From: Podarcis erhardii
Lineage: Eukaryota
Assembly: GCA_964252035.1 (NCBI GenBank)
Contig: OZ176200.1
DNA length: 64,000 nucleotides
Strand: one strand, 5' to 3'
In this document: piece after piece, positions 12,691 through 26,269 of the stretch
Position numbering within the stretch: the stretch's first letter is position 1
How the letters are laid out: each line of letters opens with the position of its first letter
Program-made: the position numbers and the translations under genes
Notes under the pieces: model-generated
Database searches by the model: none
What the model saw: the letters and a program-made list of their open reading frames with translations, nothing else
Told to the model about the DNA's origin: nothing

Positions 12691-15600
12691 TATATGCAAG
12701 CCAATATATTGGGGGAGGGGTAGTGAACAAAACAGATTTGTCAGTTAATATTCCAAAGTTGTTGGGTTGTGCTTTTTTTAAATCAAGGAGGAACAGTCAC
12801 ATCTGACTACGTAAACAACCACTTCCCTGTATTTTTACAAAAAGCCAAAGGAGAGGAATGGAGCCAGGAAAGTGAAAAAAATCACACAGACATTCTGAAT
12901 GTTTAGCATTGGTGGGGAAGCAGATATTCTCATTTTGACAAATCATAAATTCGTTTGCAATGCCTTACTTTCAAAAGTGCTATATTTATTTTGTGGAACT
13001 AGAAAGATTATGCCACCCTAATTAAAGGATTTAGGATTAAAGTAAGACATTCTCAGAGACACTATACACTTAAAATAAATCAGGGTCTGTTTGTTTTTCT
13101 TGCTACATGGAGTTCTCTGTCTCCTTTTAATGGCAGGGCATTCCTTAGAAATAGGTGCTTAGAATTAGTTAAGAAATTGCCAGTAACAAACAATGCTGTA
13201 ATAGTTTTGTTTTTGTTTTTTTAATTTATTCTGTTTTTTGAACTGCCGTTCCCCTCAAAGAAGCCCAGTGCAGCAAGAAAGAAGATATTGTTGTGTTTTC
13301 CAGAATAGGAAGACAAATACCCATTATTCATGCCATTTCACATGTCCCATGGAAAAATGATTTGGCACCCCCAAAAGGTCTCAGGTACTCAATGTAATGG
13401 AAAGTTTCTTGAATGAAAATGCAAGGTTGAGGTGAAGCAACAGGAAAAGGCTCAGCTGGCAGAGACACTTTAAGCTAGGCCAAGGTGGATGATGGCAAAA
13501 TTAGGCAAAACTCTCTCCAAATCTTTTCTTTAGAAATCAAGTTTCTGAGGGAACCTTGCCCACCACTCAGGTCACATCAGGAATGCTAATTTATTATGCT
13601 TTCCATTTCCTCAGGACTTCTTTCTCCATACACACTGGCCATATATACACAACAGTCAGTGGTCTAGCTGAATAACATGTCCTGCTCTGAACTCAGAATG
13701 GTGGAAAATATGCTTTCATTCTACCACCTACATCTCCAAGGAAAATCCAGGACAGATTTAACTCAATATAGAAACATCTAACCTGCATTCACATGCAGTT
13801 ATAGAAGGTCAGTAACACAGATCCAATTAAGGCACAGGAAAGACATATTGCACAACCTGTCAATCCTCCAGCCAATAAGAGTTCTCAACAATTAAGTAAA
13901 GATGTGTAGAAGTGGCACGTTTCAGCCTGCTGACCTAGAAGAAAGGATGGAAGGAAAAACAGATATGCCCTCTACAACTGACAAGGGTCAACTGGCTCAT
14001 CTGCCTTGCATTAGGAGGAAAATGATGAGGGGGGTTGATCTTCTGTCATCTCAGCTACAATAGCACATGAGTTTTGGGCTATCCTGCTTCTGAAATAGTC
14101 CACTCCTGTAATGCTGCATAGAAGCAACATTATATGCTACAGTCAATACCTACTGAATCTTGTCGGTGTTGTTTTTCTACCTAGTCCACACACTGCACCA
14201 ACTGCACCCATCCCTTAATTGCACTAATTGCCCAACCTCTATGCTCCTGGAAATTGCTTTTTCATTCCAAAAATAAAAGCTCAATGCAGATTGATTCTAT
14301 TTTACCCCCTAGCCCACCAAACAGTGTGGCCATTTGAAAACTGATGAAGGCAGCTCCAGCAATGTGGCATATCCACATCTGACCAATGACACTGCAGATG
14401 GACATATACCAAGATTGTGATTACCACTTCCCTCTTCCTTCACCCGGGGCAGGTGTGGGGAGGAAAAGGTGTAATTGGCTAATCTAATTAAGGGATGGGT
14501 TTTCAAACATCTCAACTAACCACACTCATCCTTGTGGAGAGCAGGATCTGGAACCAAACCTTGATTAAAAGCAGCACACTGAGGAAAAGCATGCACAATT
14601 GTGTCTTGATAAAAAAAACTACCTTTTCTCACCACAAATGGACAAATGTGTACATAGCCATAATCACCGCTTGAAATTTCAGATCTTCCCCACAGCTCTG
14701 CAAACGTCCCTCCTGCAGGTTTGTGAAAGCACAGAAAATATCTGAGGCGCCACATGGCAAGTGGCTGCACTCAAACACATCTCCCACACGAAACGGTTCC
14801 CATTCAATCTGATGCACTAATGCAGCAATTTTGTAATCTACATTTGTAATTTTAACAGACCCAGACTCAAAGGCATTCTAACTTTGATGGTGGAATGAGG
14901 TGTGCATATAGAACAAACCTCTGGCATTAAAGTGAATGGCAAAGTCTCACATTTGCCCCGCATGTACATCGTCTCTATGCACCTCGTTTCACTGCTGAAG
15001 TGAATGAGGAAGCAGCTGTGGCTTTGTTGTGCACATGTGGACACAGTTTATGCTTGCAGTTAAATACAAGGTCAGGAGAGAGATGTTTATTTATTTGGCA
15101 ATTTACATCCTGCTTGTTAGGAGGAGAACAATTTACTGTTGGTATGATGACTCTATAGATGCGCTAACTGAAGTGGATTTATATGATTTTCTATTCAATG
15201 TATGTTATCTTTACATTGTACATTGTCTTTGCGATTAACTGTATACACAGATTAATAAAAGCCTAACCGGTGATAAGAATGGCAAATAATATGCATGCTT
15301 GTGCTGTGCACTATTAGATCAGGGTTGAAGAATGTCAGACTCAAGGCAGAATGCAACCCTCCACACCTCTCTAGCTGATCCCTGGGACTCTCCCCCAACC
15401 ACCCCCAGTCTTCCTAGGCCACACCCCTCAGCAGCCTAGCTCACACATTCTGAGTGCTTTTCCTGCTGACTGGAATGTGCCCTTTCTTCTAGAAAAATGG
15501 GGCTGGTACTCACCATGAAGCTCTTAAAGTAAGCGCCACATTTTTAACCAGTTATTTCGTTCTAGAAAACAAAAGGTACTGCTACTGCGTACCCTTGAGC

Positions 15601-15961
15601 ACCCCTGGGGAGTAAGCACTGCCTTTAACTTTGATAATGGCTTTTATGTGAGTGGATGGAGGTTAGAAAGGAGCGTATAGAAAAACCAGTGTGCTGTACA
15701 AAAGGTAAAATTCACATTCATTGCTTCACTCACTTTTGCCAATGTCAACTTTTAGATTTGTTGATTGGTCTCCTTTCAGTTAATTCTCAAGAAACGACAT
15801 TGCAAAAGAATTCAAGAGTATCTTCCTGGAGCTTTTCTACAAAGGAATTTTATTCTTGAGCAATTAACCAAACTTTCAAAAGTACCAGAGATTATACATT
15901 TTTTCTACCCTCTTCTGCTGTAGATGTTCCTCAATCCTCATTCCTAAATGCTGACACATTT

Positions 15962-15963
<2 letters not shown>

Positions 15964-16000
<37 letters not shown>
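15964..16000. repeat. (AC)18 microsatellite
   Basis: Read directly from the sequence. Confidence 0.95.
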
Positions 16001-16001
<1 letters not shown>

Positions 16002-19000
16002 TTCCCATAGTACAATAGCTCTTTCTGTTGTTATTTTTAAAAGTTACATCTGTTGCAGATCAAGTGTTCCTGTAGAACAGTGTTTATGCTTTGTGTCAGT
16101 CTTGGTCAGGTGTGAGGAACCCTCCCATCAGCCCTAGCAGGCATGGTCAATAGCCAGGGATGATGGTAGTCCTATTTCAGCTTCCCCCTGACTTGATTCC
16201 CCCAAATCAGTGGCAGTTTGTTGAGGTATATACATGTATTATTCGAGCAGAAATTCATTCTCCAGCTTCTCCACTACCTCTGGAAGTCTGGTCTGAATAA
16301 GAGTTCAGTGCATATATGCAGCCTTCTACAGCATGCAATAATCTATTCTCCTGGACACTGATCCATCACTAGAAGAATACATCTAGAAGCATAGACAATT
16401 TTTATTAAGTACTCCCTCCTTCTAAGATCAGAACAGGGATGATAGAGTACTCACACAATGCAGATAGGAATAGTGTTTCAATCTGTCTGGCTCTCCATAG
16501 CTCATCCCTCAAGTGCTTTCTCCTGTCATCAAACATTGCGTCCTATAGACTTTCAGACCAACTCAATTCAGACACAATAGCAGTCCATGGCTTGTTGTTA
16601 TGAGCACAAGCCACGATTCTTCAACTATAGTATCCTGACTTGTGAGCCAACTACGGTTTGACACTAACAAAACAGAAAGCTTGCATTCTGATCCCCAGGA
16701 ATATGGAAGGAAGAGAGTAACGACTGCACAACCCCAGGGTTTGTGTTGGTTTATACTTGTAACCACAAACCAGATATTGTCTGGGGTTAAGAGATAAACT
16801 ATGGCAGGAGAGGGAATGTCAGGGTCCAGGTGCCTGATGTGGCCCTTCAGACCTATATGGCCCTAACCAACCCCATCCACTGACCCTGCTCTGCCTCAGG
16901 TGCTTTTGCCTGACTGAAACTAGACCTTGAACTGTGCTGCCTTTTGTGTGCCTAGAGAGATGTTTCAGTCCATCTGGCTCTCCATAGATGGACAGTGGAG
17001 AGGAGTGGCCCCATGAAAACCTATTGACGTTTACATGGCTAGAATGTAGCCTACAGTACAAAGGTAAGGCTCACCTCTATTACTGCATCCTTTTTTGACT
17101 CTGGTCCTACCTGCCATGGTCACACAGCCCCCAAATGCTGCTAAAAATATAAATGAGGCCCTTGTGTTGAAAATAGTTCCCAACTTTAAACTTTGGTTAT
17201 TACGAGAGCTAAATGGGTTGAAATCCCATACAGTTAGAGATTATTATTATAATTTTACATTGGATCAATGCCCCATCTCCAATCCTGAACTGACAGGGGG
17301 GGGGGGCTTTTTCAAAAGAGCCAAGAGAAAATCCATGCTTTTAGGTGTTTTTTGAGATGCTGAGGGAAGCATTGAGATCACTATTCACTTAACAAAAGCT
17401 ACTAGTCACCATTGGAAGAAAAACTTGCGTAGCTTCCCTCAATTCCCATTTTCATTTCTAACACAGAAGCATGCCAGAACCAAACAGTCAACAGAAGTGC
17501 TTTTAACTCAAATCCTTTTCAATTAATCCACTAAAGCTTTCATTGATTAATCTACCATGATGAAGCTCGCTTGCCTTGAGGATTGCCATTGCAAATTTGT
17601 ACTACAAAATGGCATGCAATAAAATATCTACAGGAAACGATCACATCCAGTTATTTTTATAGTGCTGGCACACATACAGGCCGTTTTGGCAAGTTCGGAT
17701 TTTTTTATAGCTTTTCTTTCCTCTCTTTTTGACCGGGAGAGAAATACGGCACAATGAAATCATGTTGCTATGAGAAGCCTTGTCTCAACGGAGCTACTGG
17801 TGACATTATGATGGCTGCAGGAAGCATGTGTGCTACCACTATGCAGCAAACATTTCAACATAAAATAGGCGTACTCAAGCATCTTTAGACATCCATATTG
17901 GGTTTCTGAGAAATCCACTTGGCCCAGATCTTCCTGATGCATGTACACGGCTGTTTAAAAAATGCATATATTGCTCCCATGCATCACATTTTTACTGAAG
18001 ATGGCATTGGTGAAACCTCATTTCCTTCAACAATTGTAATAATGTGCAGCACAGTGTGTGACTGTGAAACCAGGAGCAACAAGCATCTCTTTGGATTCAA
18101 TTACTTTACACTTGCATAAAGGGCAACAGAACTCAGTGAAATTCTTTGCATGCTTACTGTGTTCAGTGCGGCTTATTCCCTAGTGTGTTTAAGACTGTAT
18201 CGTAAGGTTTGTTACTCACATGATAAACCCATGGTTTGGAGAATCGGGAATGGGCACCAGGGAGACTAAGGTCTATGCACTCGCTTCTTTCCTTATCCAC
18301 AAACCAGGATGACCCACTAGGATCAAACCATAGTTTGGGAAATTTGTTGCATTGAGACATTAACGGCTAACTATGATTTGCTGGTAACCAGAAGCAGAAG
18401 CTTCTAATCTCCTCTCCTACACACAAGAAGGGCCAAAAGCCTGTGGTTAGGAGCTGTTCATCCCTGAATCCCTGGACTGAACCAATGTGAACTGCAGGTG
18501 AAAGCCCCCAACTTGTGCTTAAAGGTGATCCACCTGCTATAGTATCTCACTTTGACCAATGCATCATTTCCCCTCCAGCATGTGAATGATTGCTGCCTGG
18601 CAAGTTTCAGAATTTCTGGAAAGCCTTGTTAACATTTCCATTCACCATTTCAAAGCAAGACACAGAATGTGTGCTCACACAACGGAATACTATCTCATTT
18701 CCATCCCACACATAAATGCTACCAATTTCTACTTGAATAGCATCTCATCTCACCACTGCATAGCTCTTGCATAGGGGTAAGTGTTGTCATCATAGCACAG
18801 ACCCACAACGAGCACCTCTAATTTTAGAGCAGCACCTAGAGCCACTTGACAAGAAGCACCAGGAATAGGAGCACCCCAAAGTAATTTCTTTTGGGGAATG
18901 GGGCATTTCCTGTGAGCTACCATTGTTGCTTTGATGCAACTGGTATTTCTAAGTGTACTACACCCAGTGTGGATTAGCAGCAACTGGGATGGATCATCAG

Positions 19001-19451
19001 TCAATTTAAACAAGTTTTACTCCAGACACTGATTTTTAGTGCCAGGACTTCGCCCTGAAATACATAAAGAAAAGGGGGGGGGATTGCTTGCGGATATTAA
19101 AATACTACAACCAGCCCCTCGTAAGGCCTCCTTGTTAGCTAATTAAATAAAAACTGTGACTCTGCCATTGTGTATCTCCTGGCAAACTGAAATAGAGTTG
19201 TCCACCCTTATTTCAGTGATTATTACCATGTAAGCAATGTTGTTCATACAAACTATGCAACCCTTTGTCCAAGATCCAAGATTTTGCTTGGAAGAGACAA
19301 CAGTATGCAAAACCTACTCATGAAAATGAATCCATCCTGTTTTCTTTATAGGACAGGAAAAGCCAAAGCAAGCATCATAAGAACAAGCCAAAAGATAAGA
19401 CAAAAACTACTTTGGAAAGCTTTAACTGTCCACTTAAGGAACAGATGTTAC

Positions 19452-19500
19452 CTGGAAATAGTCTGTGATGAAGGATCCAAATTCACTCTTCAACAATCGC
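19452..19500 (-). CDS. PRR5L: PRR5L coding exon 3 (49 nt): (R)RLLKSEFGSFITDYFQ
   Basis: Matches PRR5L RLLKSELGSFITDYFQ; TTTTTCAG acceptor and CAG|GTAACA donor. Confidence 0.95.
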
Positions 19501-19591
19501 CTGAAAAAGAATGGATCACATGTCATAAAAAATGTTTTACAGGCAGATTTCCCAGAGCCCATTCAATAAAAATCAACTCTATAAAACACAG

Positions 19592-19688
19592 TTCTGAAGA
19601 AGTGTGCATGCACACGAAAGCTCATACCTAGAACTAACTCAGTTGGTCTTTAAGGTGCTACTGGAAGGAATTTTTTTATTTTGTTTTG
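19592..19688 (+). mobile_element. 97-bp PLE-derived insertion carrying a hammerhead core
   Basis: CTGAAGA...GAAAGCTCATAC at 19594-19627, followed by the same terminal sequence as 6136-6196; 14-bp TSD TCTATAAAACACAG at 19578-19591 and 19689-19702. Confidence 0.85.
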
Positions 19689-20296
19689 TCTATAAAACAC
19701 AGGTGTACCAATAAGACTGAAAACCGTTTTGAAGCATTCTTTTTGTTTTAAATTCTTTCCTGTTTCCCATTATGCTTCTGATATGGCCACTGACCAGAGA
19801 AACAGCCCTGGGTTTGGGGGTTTGTTGTCTAAACCCAGAACAGTTCTTACAGGAACACATTGTCCTCAAAGCTAAAGCAATTTTCCTAACTTGGCTCGAC
19901 TGACTTTTGAGAGTCACATGGAACCATTTGCTTTACACCAGGGCTGGTGAACCTGTGGCCCTCCAGATGTTGTGGATTCAACTTGTATCAGCCACTGCAA
20001 AGTTCATTTCATTGGAGCATGTGGTGATCTGGATTTGAAAAACAGATCTATTTGCGACTAGGCTGAATTTAGGCAGAGAATTTGATCAGGCGGCCTTCTT
20101 CTCAGCCAAGCTGCTTTCCAAGGTAGCATGGGCAATTGCCATGGGAGACAGGGTTTCTTTTCAGACCGAGGCCAATCCCATGTTCCAATGCATTGTGTTT
20201 GGTTTGACTACACAGGGAGGCAACATGCGACCCGACATTTTTTCCCATATGCTGAGCAGTGTAACACAGATGGCTATAGCTGCCTTGCTTTTTAAT

Positions 20297-20454
20297 TACA
20301 GATAGGTAGCCGTGTTGGTCTACCATAGTAAAAAAAAAATTAAAAAAAAAATCCTTCAGTATCTGAAGAAGTGTGCATGCACACGAAAGCTCATACCAAG
20401 AACTAACTTAGTTGGTCTTTAAGGTGCTACTGGAAGGAATTTTTTTATTTTGTT
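20297..20454 (+). mobile_element. PLE-derived mini-element with an inverted terminal piece and an intact hammerhead motif (20359-20396)
   Basis: Begins with the reverse complement of the PLE 3' end (TACAGATAGGTAGCCGTGTTGGTC), then GTAT-CTGAAGA...GAAAGCTC-ATAC; 12-bp TSD TTGCTTTTTAAT at 20285-20296 and 20455-20466. Confidence 0.85.
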
Positions 20455-20608
20455 TTGCTTTTTAATGTTTATTAGTGCTAGACCCGAGAGGGCAATTTCA
20501 AACTTCTGGTCTGCATCTTGTAAAGCAAGGAGCTTGACAGAGAAGCTTCTGGGAGTGGTCCACCATAAATGGACTGCCATTCTGTTTAGGGCCCTGTGAT
20601 ACCTAGAC

Positions 20609-20875
20609 TAGGGTTGCCATACGTCTAGGAATTACTGGGCATATCCTCTTTGGGGGCTCTTACATGCCCATCAGGGGGGGAATTTTACATTTTAAAGCTA
20701 ATGTCCTGGATTTTGGGGTTTTTTGGTTTTTAAAGTGTGCTTGTGGTTCTGGTTCTGGGACAGGTGCCCTAGACTCTGACTCAGCAGCGGCAGAGGGGCT
20801 ATTGGGCAACTGCCCTAACAAAGCTCAACAACTTTTTATGTCCGGATTTTTACCTCTTGAAATATAGCAACCCTA
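20609..20875. mobile_element. hAT (Blackjack-like) MITE
   Basis: Terminal inverted repeats (TIRs) TAGGGTTGCCATA / TATAGCAACCCTA match at 12 of 13 positions; TSD not clean. Confidence 0.6.
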
Positions 20876-23873
20876 CCTAAGGAGCTTTTAGGAATACCCT
20901 GAACAGAATTAAGTACATCTCAATCCTCACTTTTGCTTAGTACCAAATGAAGCTCAGGATGGTCATAAGGAGTGCTAAACCACTACAGGATCACAAACTA
21001 TGCCAAATTCATACACCACCTGAACTAAACTTAACCTGTAAATAGATATGCAACAAAGATAACCCTTATCTAAGACTTCCCAGTTAATGAACCCATTTCT
21101 GTGTCAACTACTGTGACATCACATGTGTACACATGCATGTGTGCACACCCACACACAGAGGGAGGGAGGGAAGGCCTGCTGTCCTAAAACACTTTTCTCT
21201 TTATGGTTCACAGTGTTTTCTTTTGATGTAGTTGATCCACAAAAGAGATGCAAGGGACGTGTTTTGGTGCTAAATTCTCTTACAATAGTGCTTAGCAAAT
21301 TTTCTCACTGGTCACTGGTCCCTGCTTTTTTAAAAAAAATCATCCTAATCAGTGGGCAAACTAGTTTGCCAACAGAGTTCTTATCTGGGCATGTGAGATG
21401 AAGATGAAAAAAGTTACTGACTGACATCTTCCAGTCTTCTCTCCAACCCCTCCACTCCAATACACTTACTATTTGTGTTCTTGCTACAAGCCAATCTGCT
21501 CAATAAAATGCATGACCACCATTCCTAACTTCCAAAATATGAATATAATTTACAGTTTGCAGACCACAAATAAATAAAAAGGTCACAAAGTTATGAGAAG
21601 AGGGAAAGCAGAAAGCAACCACACATTGTCCAAGGGAAATTGCAGTATCTACCAATTTACTTTGTTATTCTTCTGCGTCCAACCAGTCCATGACATTGGG
21701 GAGCCTTTTCAAAATAGTGTCTCTGCTATTGAATAGCCTACCCAGAAAGGGTGTCTCAGCATCATCCTGATGGCCTTTTCAGTGCCAGGCAAATATATCT
21801 TTATTCACCAAGGTTTTTCAAGTGCATTTTAAATCCTGGCTATAAATTATTTAATGCAATTTCTTGCCTTACGGTTATTGTCATTTCAATATATTACTGT
21901 GATTTTATTTTTTGTAAGCCACCCAGAGAACATTTATTGAGGGGTGGCTATATAATTCTAATAAATGATGAAGATGAGGATAATAGTAATACTGTCAATC
22001 CATAAAGCAAGATCAATTGTACTACTTTTTTCCACAATTTAAAGGACAACCTATCTTTCTAAGGTTAAATTTGGAGAATGCATTAAGAAAACAGTTTGAT
22101 GGGAGGCAGGGGAGGGAGGAATCAGATTCCAGAGGCAACTTATAAAGTAATTTGTCAAAGCATGCAGAAGCAATCGTCTTACTCCGATGATATAAAAATC
22201 AGTGAACAGAATTTTAAGGAGCCTCCATTTTTAAATCAAACCTTGTGGGAGGAATTTCATGCCTTATAGATTTGTTTTCAAGTAGAATACTGAAAAAAAG
22301 AAAACGAGTACAAAAAGGCTTTTATACTGCCATGGAGAATGTTAAAACTGTTCCTAACTTAATACATAATTTTGCGTAACCTCAGCAGTTTCATCCCCAA
22401 AACAGTGGCACTCAAAACACTAATAACCTTTTGTCAAAACAGCTTGGCTTCCTCTGTGTTGACGACGTTCAAACTAAGTTCATAGAGGCGGGTGGGGAGA
22501 GGACATTGAAGGGCGAGAAAAGACAAGGAGGTCATTCTTTATGGTTACTCAAGGTTAAGAGTAGTATTTTAAAAGCCATGATCGCTGTCACTGCAAAGAG
22601 AAAAACCCAAGTCTGGGAAATGAAACGAACTCTACCCAGTGCTCACTTTGTAGTGTCTTACTCTAGGAAATTAATCTTTTAGCATAATTGTCTGATGAGG
22701 GCTTTTGTTTAAATGAACTTAGCACGCAAGTAAGTAGTCTGTCTTTCACACTGTGAGTATCCCAGCTTTCACCAGTGGACTGAGATACTCAGAAATTAAT
22801 GAACATTGAAATATATGTCAAGATGTTGGAGGTCGGACTCGGAGCCCCCATCCAGCTGTTGCCCAGGTGCCATGCCTATAACATACACACACACACAATT
22901 CAGCACCAAACCATTAATTTCACCTAAGTTAGAACAGCAAGCATCCAGTGCCACTAGAAGCCAACCATCAAAGCAGAAATCTGATTTCACCTTTCAAAAT
23001 ATACCTCCACAAATCACTATGACTGAAGAATGGGCAGCAACCCGAGGTTCAAGCTTAAATATTTAATCAAACCACAAAGAACACGCATTCACTCATTCCT
23101 GAAGCAGCAAGAGGAGGAGAAAAGAACTCAATAACAACCATACCTTAAAAAATAATAGGTATGTGGAAATTCCCTAATTTTGGGGATCTCTGCTCTGGAT
23201 CCTGCAAATATAACTATGCATAACAGCATCTCTGACCATGTACAGAGTAGTTGCTATTAGTAAACTAGAACATCTGCAATACTATCAGCTTCCTAGCTCC
23301 ACATAGAGTTCAATAATTTGGTGAATGTGTGATTGGGGTACAGTGGAAATCAAAGCAGCCTATTAAGAGCCTGATGTCATCTATCGACATATGGGTCTGA
23401 TCCAGCACTCACTTTCCCCATGTAGAATCATTTTGTATATGATGAGCCTTATGCTTAGTGCCAGTAGAAGATGGCGTGTTGGGGTGGGCAGTGCTCACCT
23501 AACCCCCAACAGCTGAGTTACTGGTGGTCATCAATAAGGAGAGGGAGACAGCCAATCCTGTGCTCCCAACACTATGTTTGCACCATGTCAACCTCCCCAG
23601 TGCCTCGCCCCTCTCGTTCCTGGTAAACAGTAACTCAGCTGTCAGGAGAGAGCACCACCACTCTGCCAGCTACTGCTTGGTGCATTTTTGTGTTGATATA
23701 TAAGAAAAGCTTCAAGCAACAGTTACTGCATCACTGCCAATAAAAATAAAAAAGGCAGGCTGTGAATCTCGTAAACCAACCAACTGCCATGGTCATATAC
23801 ACACAGGTCTCAGTTGCGCCACCTGTTCTGCATCAGGCAGGCAATTCTATACAACAGAGTCAGAGCAACATAC

Positions 23874-23954
23874 CTTACATTTTCATTGAGGATGTAGAGT
23901 TCATTGTTTTGCAAGCCTCCCCCTTTGAACACATTGATCACTGCTGTTTGAACA
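23874..23954 (-). CDS. PRR5L: PRR5L coding exon 2 (81 nt): (S)VQTAVINVFKGGGLQNNELYILNENV(R)
   Basis: Matches PRR5L SVQTAVINVFKGGGLQSNELYALNENIR; TTTGGCAG acceptor, AG|GTATGT donor, phases 2/2 fit the neighbouring exons. Confidence 0.96.
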
Positions 23955-25207
23955 CTGCCAAATAGAAGCAAGACAGTTAGGGCAGCCATAAATAACTTGC
24001 ATCAGTATGATTTACACGGAGCAATGAAATGGCAGTCAGGAGCCATGTAAATATATCAGTAAGCAGAGAAGTAGATTAATTGTCCTTAAATTGCTTCTGC
24101 TTTTCCCCCCATCCCCCTGGAATCATCAGAGTTGTTTGCCAATGGCTGCCAATAAGTAACAGAGCAGAAAATACAGTTTATACACACCAAGGGACTAATA
24201 CCCACTCACTCACCAACAAGCAGAAGTTATTAGACCCACACTAAACTATTGCTATTAAACTACTGCCACCTAACAAGAGCTCTGCTGGCCAAAGAACCTT
24301 TTAGTCCAACATCCTGTTCTCATGGTGGCCAAAAAGATGCCTTTTGGGAGCCCACAAGCAGGACCAGAGTGCAAAAACACTCTTTCCACTTGTGTTTCCC
24401 TGCCTCTGACAGTGGAGATAAGCATAGCCATCATGGCAAGTAGCCAGTGGCAAAGGTCATTTTCAGTGCCATTTTTCATGACCACTGCATCATCTTGTTC
24501 AGCAACAAAAAACACACTAAAAAAATTTGCCATCTTGTATTCCAATTTACTCCTGGAAATATGGGAGTAGAAATATAATGGATGGCTAGACATTTAAGAA
24601 AATTGACTGTGTTTCACAGGCTTGTACTAGCTATAACAAGGGGGGAAAGGGATCAAGTACTGTGTATGATCCAGACTGCAGATTTCCTACCTGTGTTACT
24701 ACATGGTCCATCACAGCAAGGAACCAAGGACCCCTATTCCATCTAGGGTATTACCCAGGAACGGTAGGGGAAAACAGACCACCATAGTCAAGGGAACAAG
24801 AGTCTTCACTGAATTTGGAAATAGACTCAATTCAGCTGTGCGGGCATCTGCTTATACAAAGTTACCCCTCTATCATGCAGAACAATGCTGTTAGCAAAGA
24901 AATTCCACAGCACAGTTTTGAGAGTAAAATGTGATTGGAGTCAGTCACTGCTGTTGGTGTTTTCTACAGAAAATAGCAAGCATCAGATTAGGGATGGGCT
25001 TTTGGCTCCTGATCTAATGTCAGAAGCTGCAACATCAAACCTTATTATACAACCGAGCCTTGGGCTCTTGCATTCCTGCCAAGCTAGCGCTTGGATTCTT
25101 TTCCTAACTTCCAGTTTAGAACAAACCACTATCTTAACATTTGAATCAGCAAGCAATGGTTTGCACTCACCCGGCAAACCAGAATTGAAAGCCATGGTTT
25201 GAGATTC

Positions 25208-25604
25208 TGTTTCCGAGCACAATTCAAAGTGTTGGTGCTGACCTTTAAAGCCCTAAACAGCCTTGGTCCAATATATCTGAAGGAGCGTCTCCACCCCCAT
25301 CGTTTTACCCGGACACTAAGGTCCAGTGCCGAGGGCCTTCTGGCGGTTCCCTCACTGCGAGAAGCCAAGTTACAGGGAACCAGGCAGAGGACCTCCTCGG
25401 TAATGGCACCTGCCCTGTGGAATGCCCTCCCACCAGATGTCAAAGAGAAAAACAACTACCAGACTTTTAGAAGACATCTGAAGGCAGCCCTGTTTAGGGA
25501 AGCTTTTAATGTTTAATAGACTATTGTATTTTGATATTCTGTTGGAAGCTGCCCAGAGTGGCTGGGGAAACCCAGCCAGATGGGTGGGGTATAAATAATA
25601 AATT
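25208..25604 (+). mobile_element. L2-clade LINE 3' fragment
   Basis: FRAQFKVLVLTFKALNSLGPIYLKERL...RAFSV-like ORF end plus the 3' terminus GCCCAGAGTGGCTGGGGAAACCCAGCCAGATGGG...ATAAATAATAA; same family as 32032-33560. Confidence 0.88.
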
Positions 25605-25995
25605 AGGCAGGATAGCTACATATGGTTCTGAATGCTTTTTACAATTTCTGTAAAAAAACAAATATACACTCTGAAAATATGTACCATATCTACCGGTGAA
25701 GACTCCCTAGTATGGATAGCTTCTACTGCTTACCATTGCTTAAAAGGTTGATTGGGGAAACAGAACTAGATGCCATCAAACACACAAAAATAGAGGCATT
25801 ACACAAATTCATTCATCTAGTTTTAATGCACTTGCTACATTTGAGGGGGGGGGGTGGAATGCCTGTGTAGGCAAGTTGTAGATGCATGATGGAATATAAT
25901 GGAGCCTCTCCCACATACTGTACACACATTTACTCAATTAAATTCAATTAAGTTATGCAAAGGCAGCTTTTCTTAGTGCAAAGAGTGCTGCTCAC

Positions 25996-26165
25996 CTGTT
26001 CCAGGCAGAGTTGGAGCTAAGCTGCAGAGATTGCCGAGCTGCCAGGAACCGTGGCAAATCGGTCAGTACTGGGGAGCTCATGAAACGTGGCCGGGGCCTC
26101 CGGAATGAGCCCATCTTCTGGAACTGGAAAGCAAGAGCTGGGGCTATGGTGGAATCCTTGGTCAT
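25996..26165 (-). CDS. PRR5L: PRR5L first coding exon (aa 1-56 plus 2 nt): MTKDSTIAPALAFQFQKMGSFRRPRPRFMSSPVLTDLPRFLAARQSLQLSSNSAWN
   Basis: Matches the recalled PRR5L N-terminus (KMGSFRRPRPRFMSSPVLSDLPRF...LQLSS.SAWNS). ATG at 26165, in-frame TGA upstream at 26267-26265, donor AG|GTGAG at 25995. Confidence 0.96.
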
Positions 26166-26269
26166 AAGTTCAGGTGGAAAGGATCCAGGAAGCAGCTTGT
26201 GGGGGAGGGGGCAATAGAAAATGCCAGAGATAATGCCTTTCCCCCCACCTTTCAAAAGCAAAATTCAAC
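26166..26269 (-). other. PRR5L: 5'UTR part of the PRR5L ATG-containing exon
   Basis: Polypyrimidine tract plus CTACAG acceptor (AG at 26271-26270); no ATG between the acceptor and 26165. Confidence 0.75.

Noticed and set aside
25992-26261. 89-aa ORF starting at TTG 26261 as an N-terminal extension of PRR5L
   Set aside because: There is no ATG before 26165, an in-frame TGA lies at 26267-26265, and no homology supports the extension.
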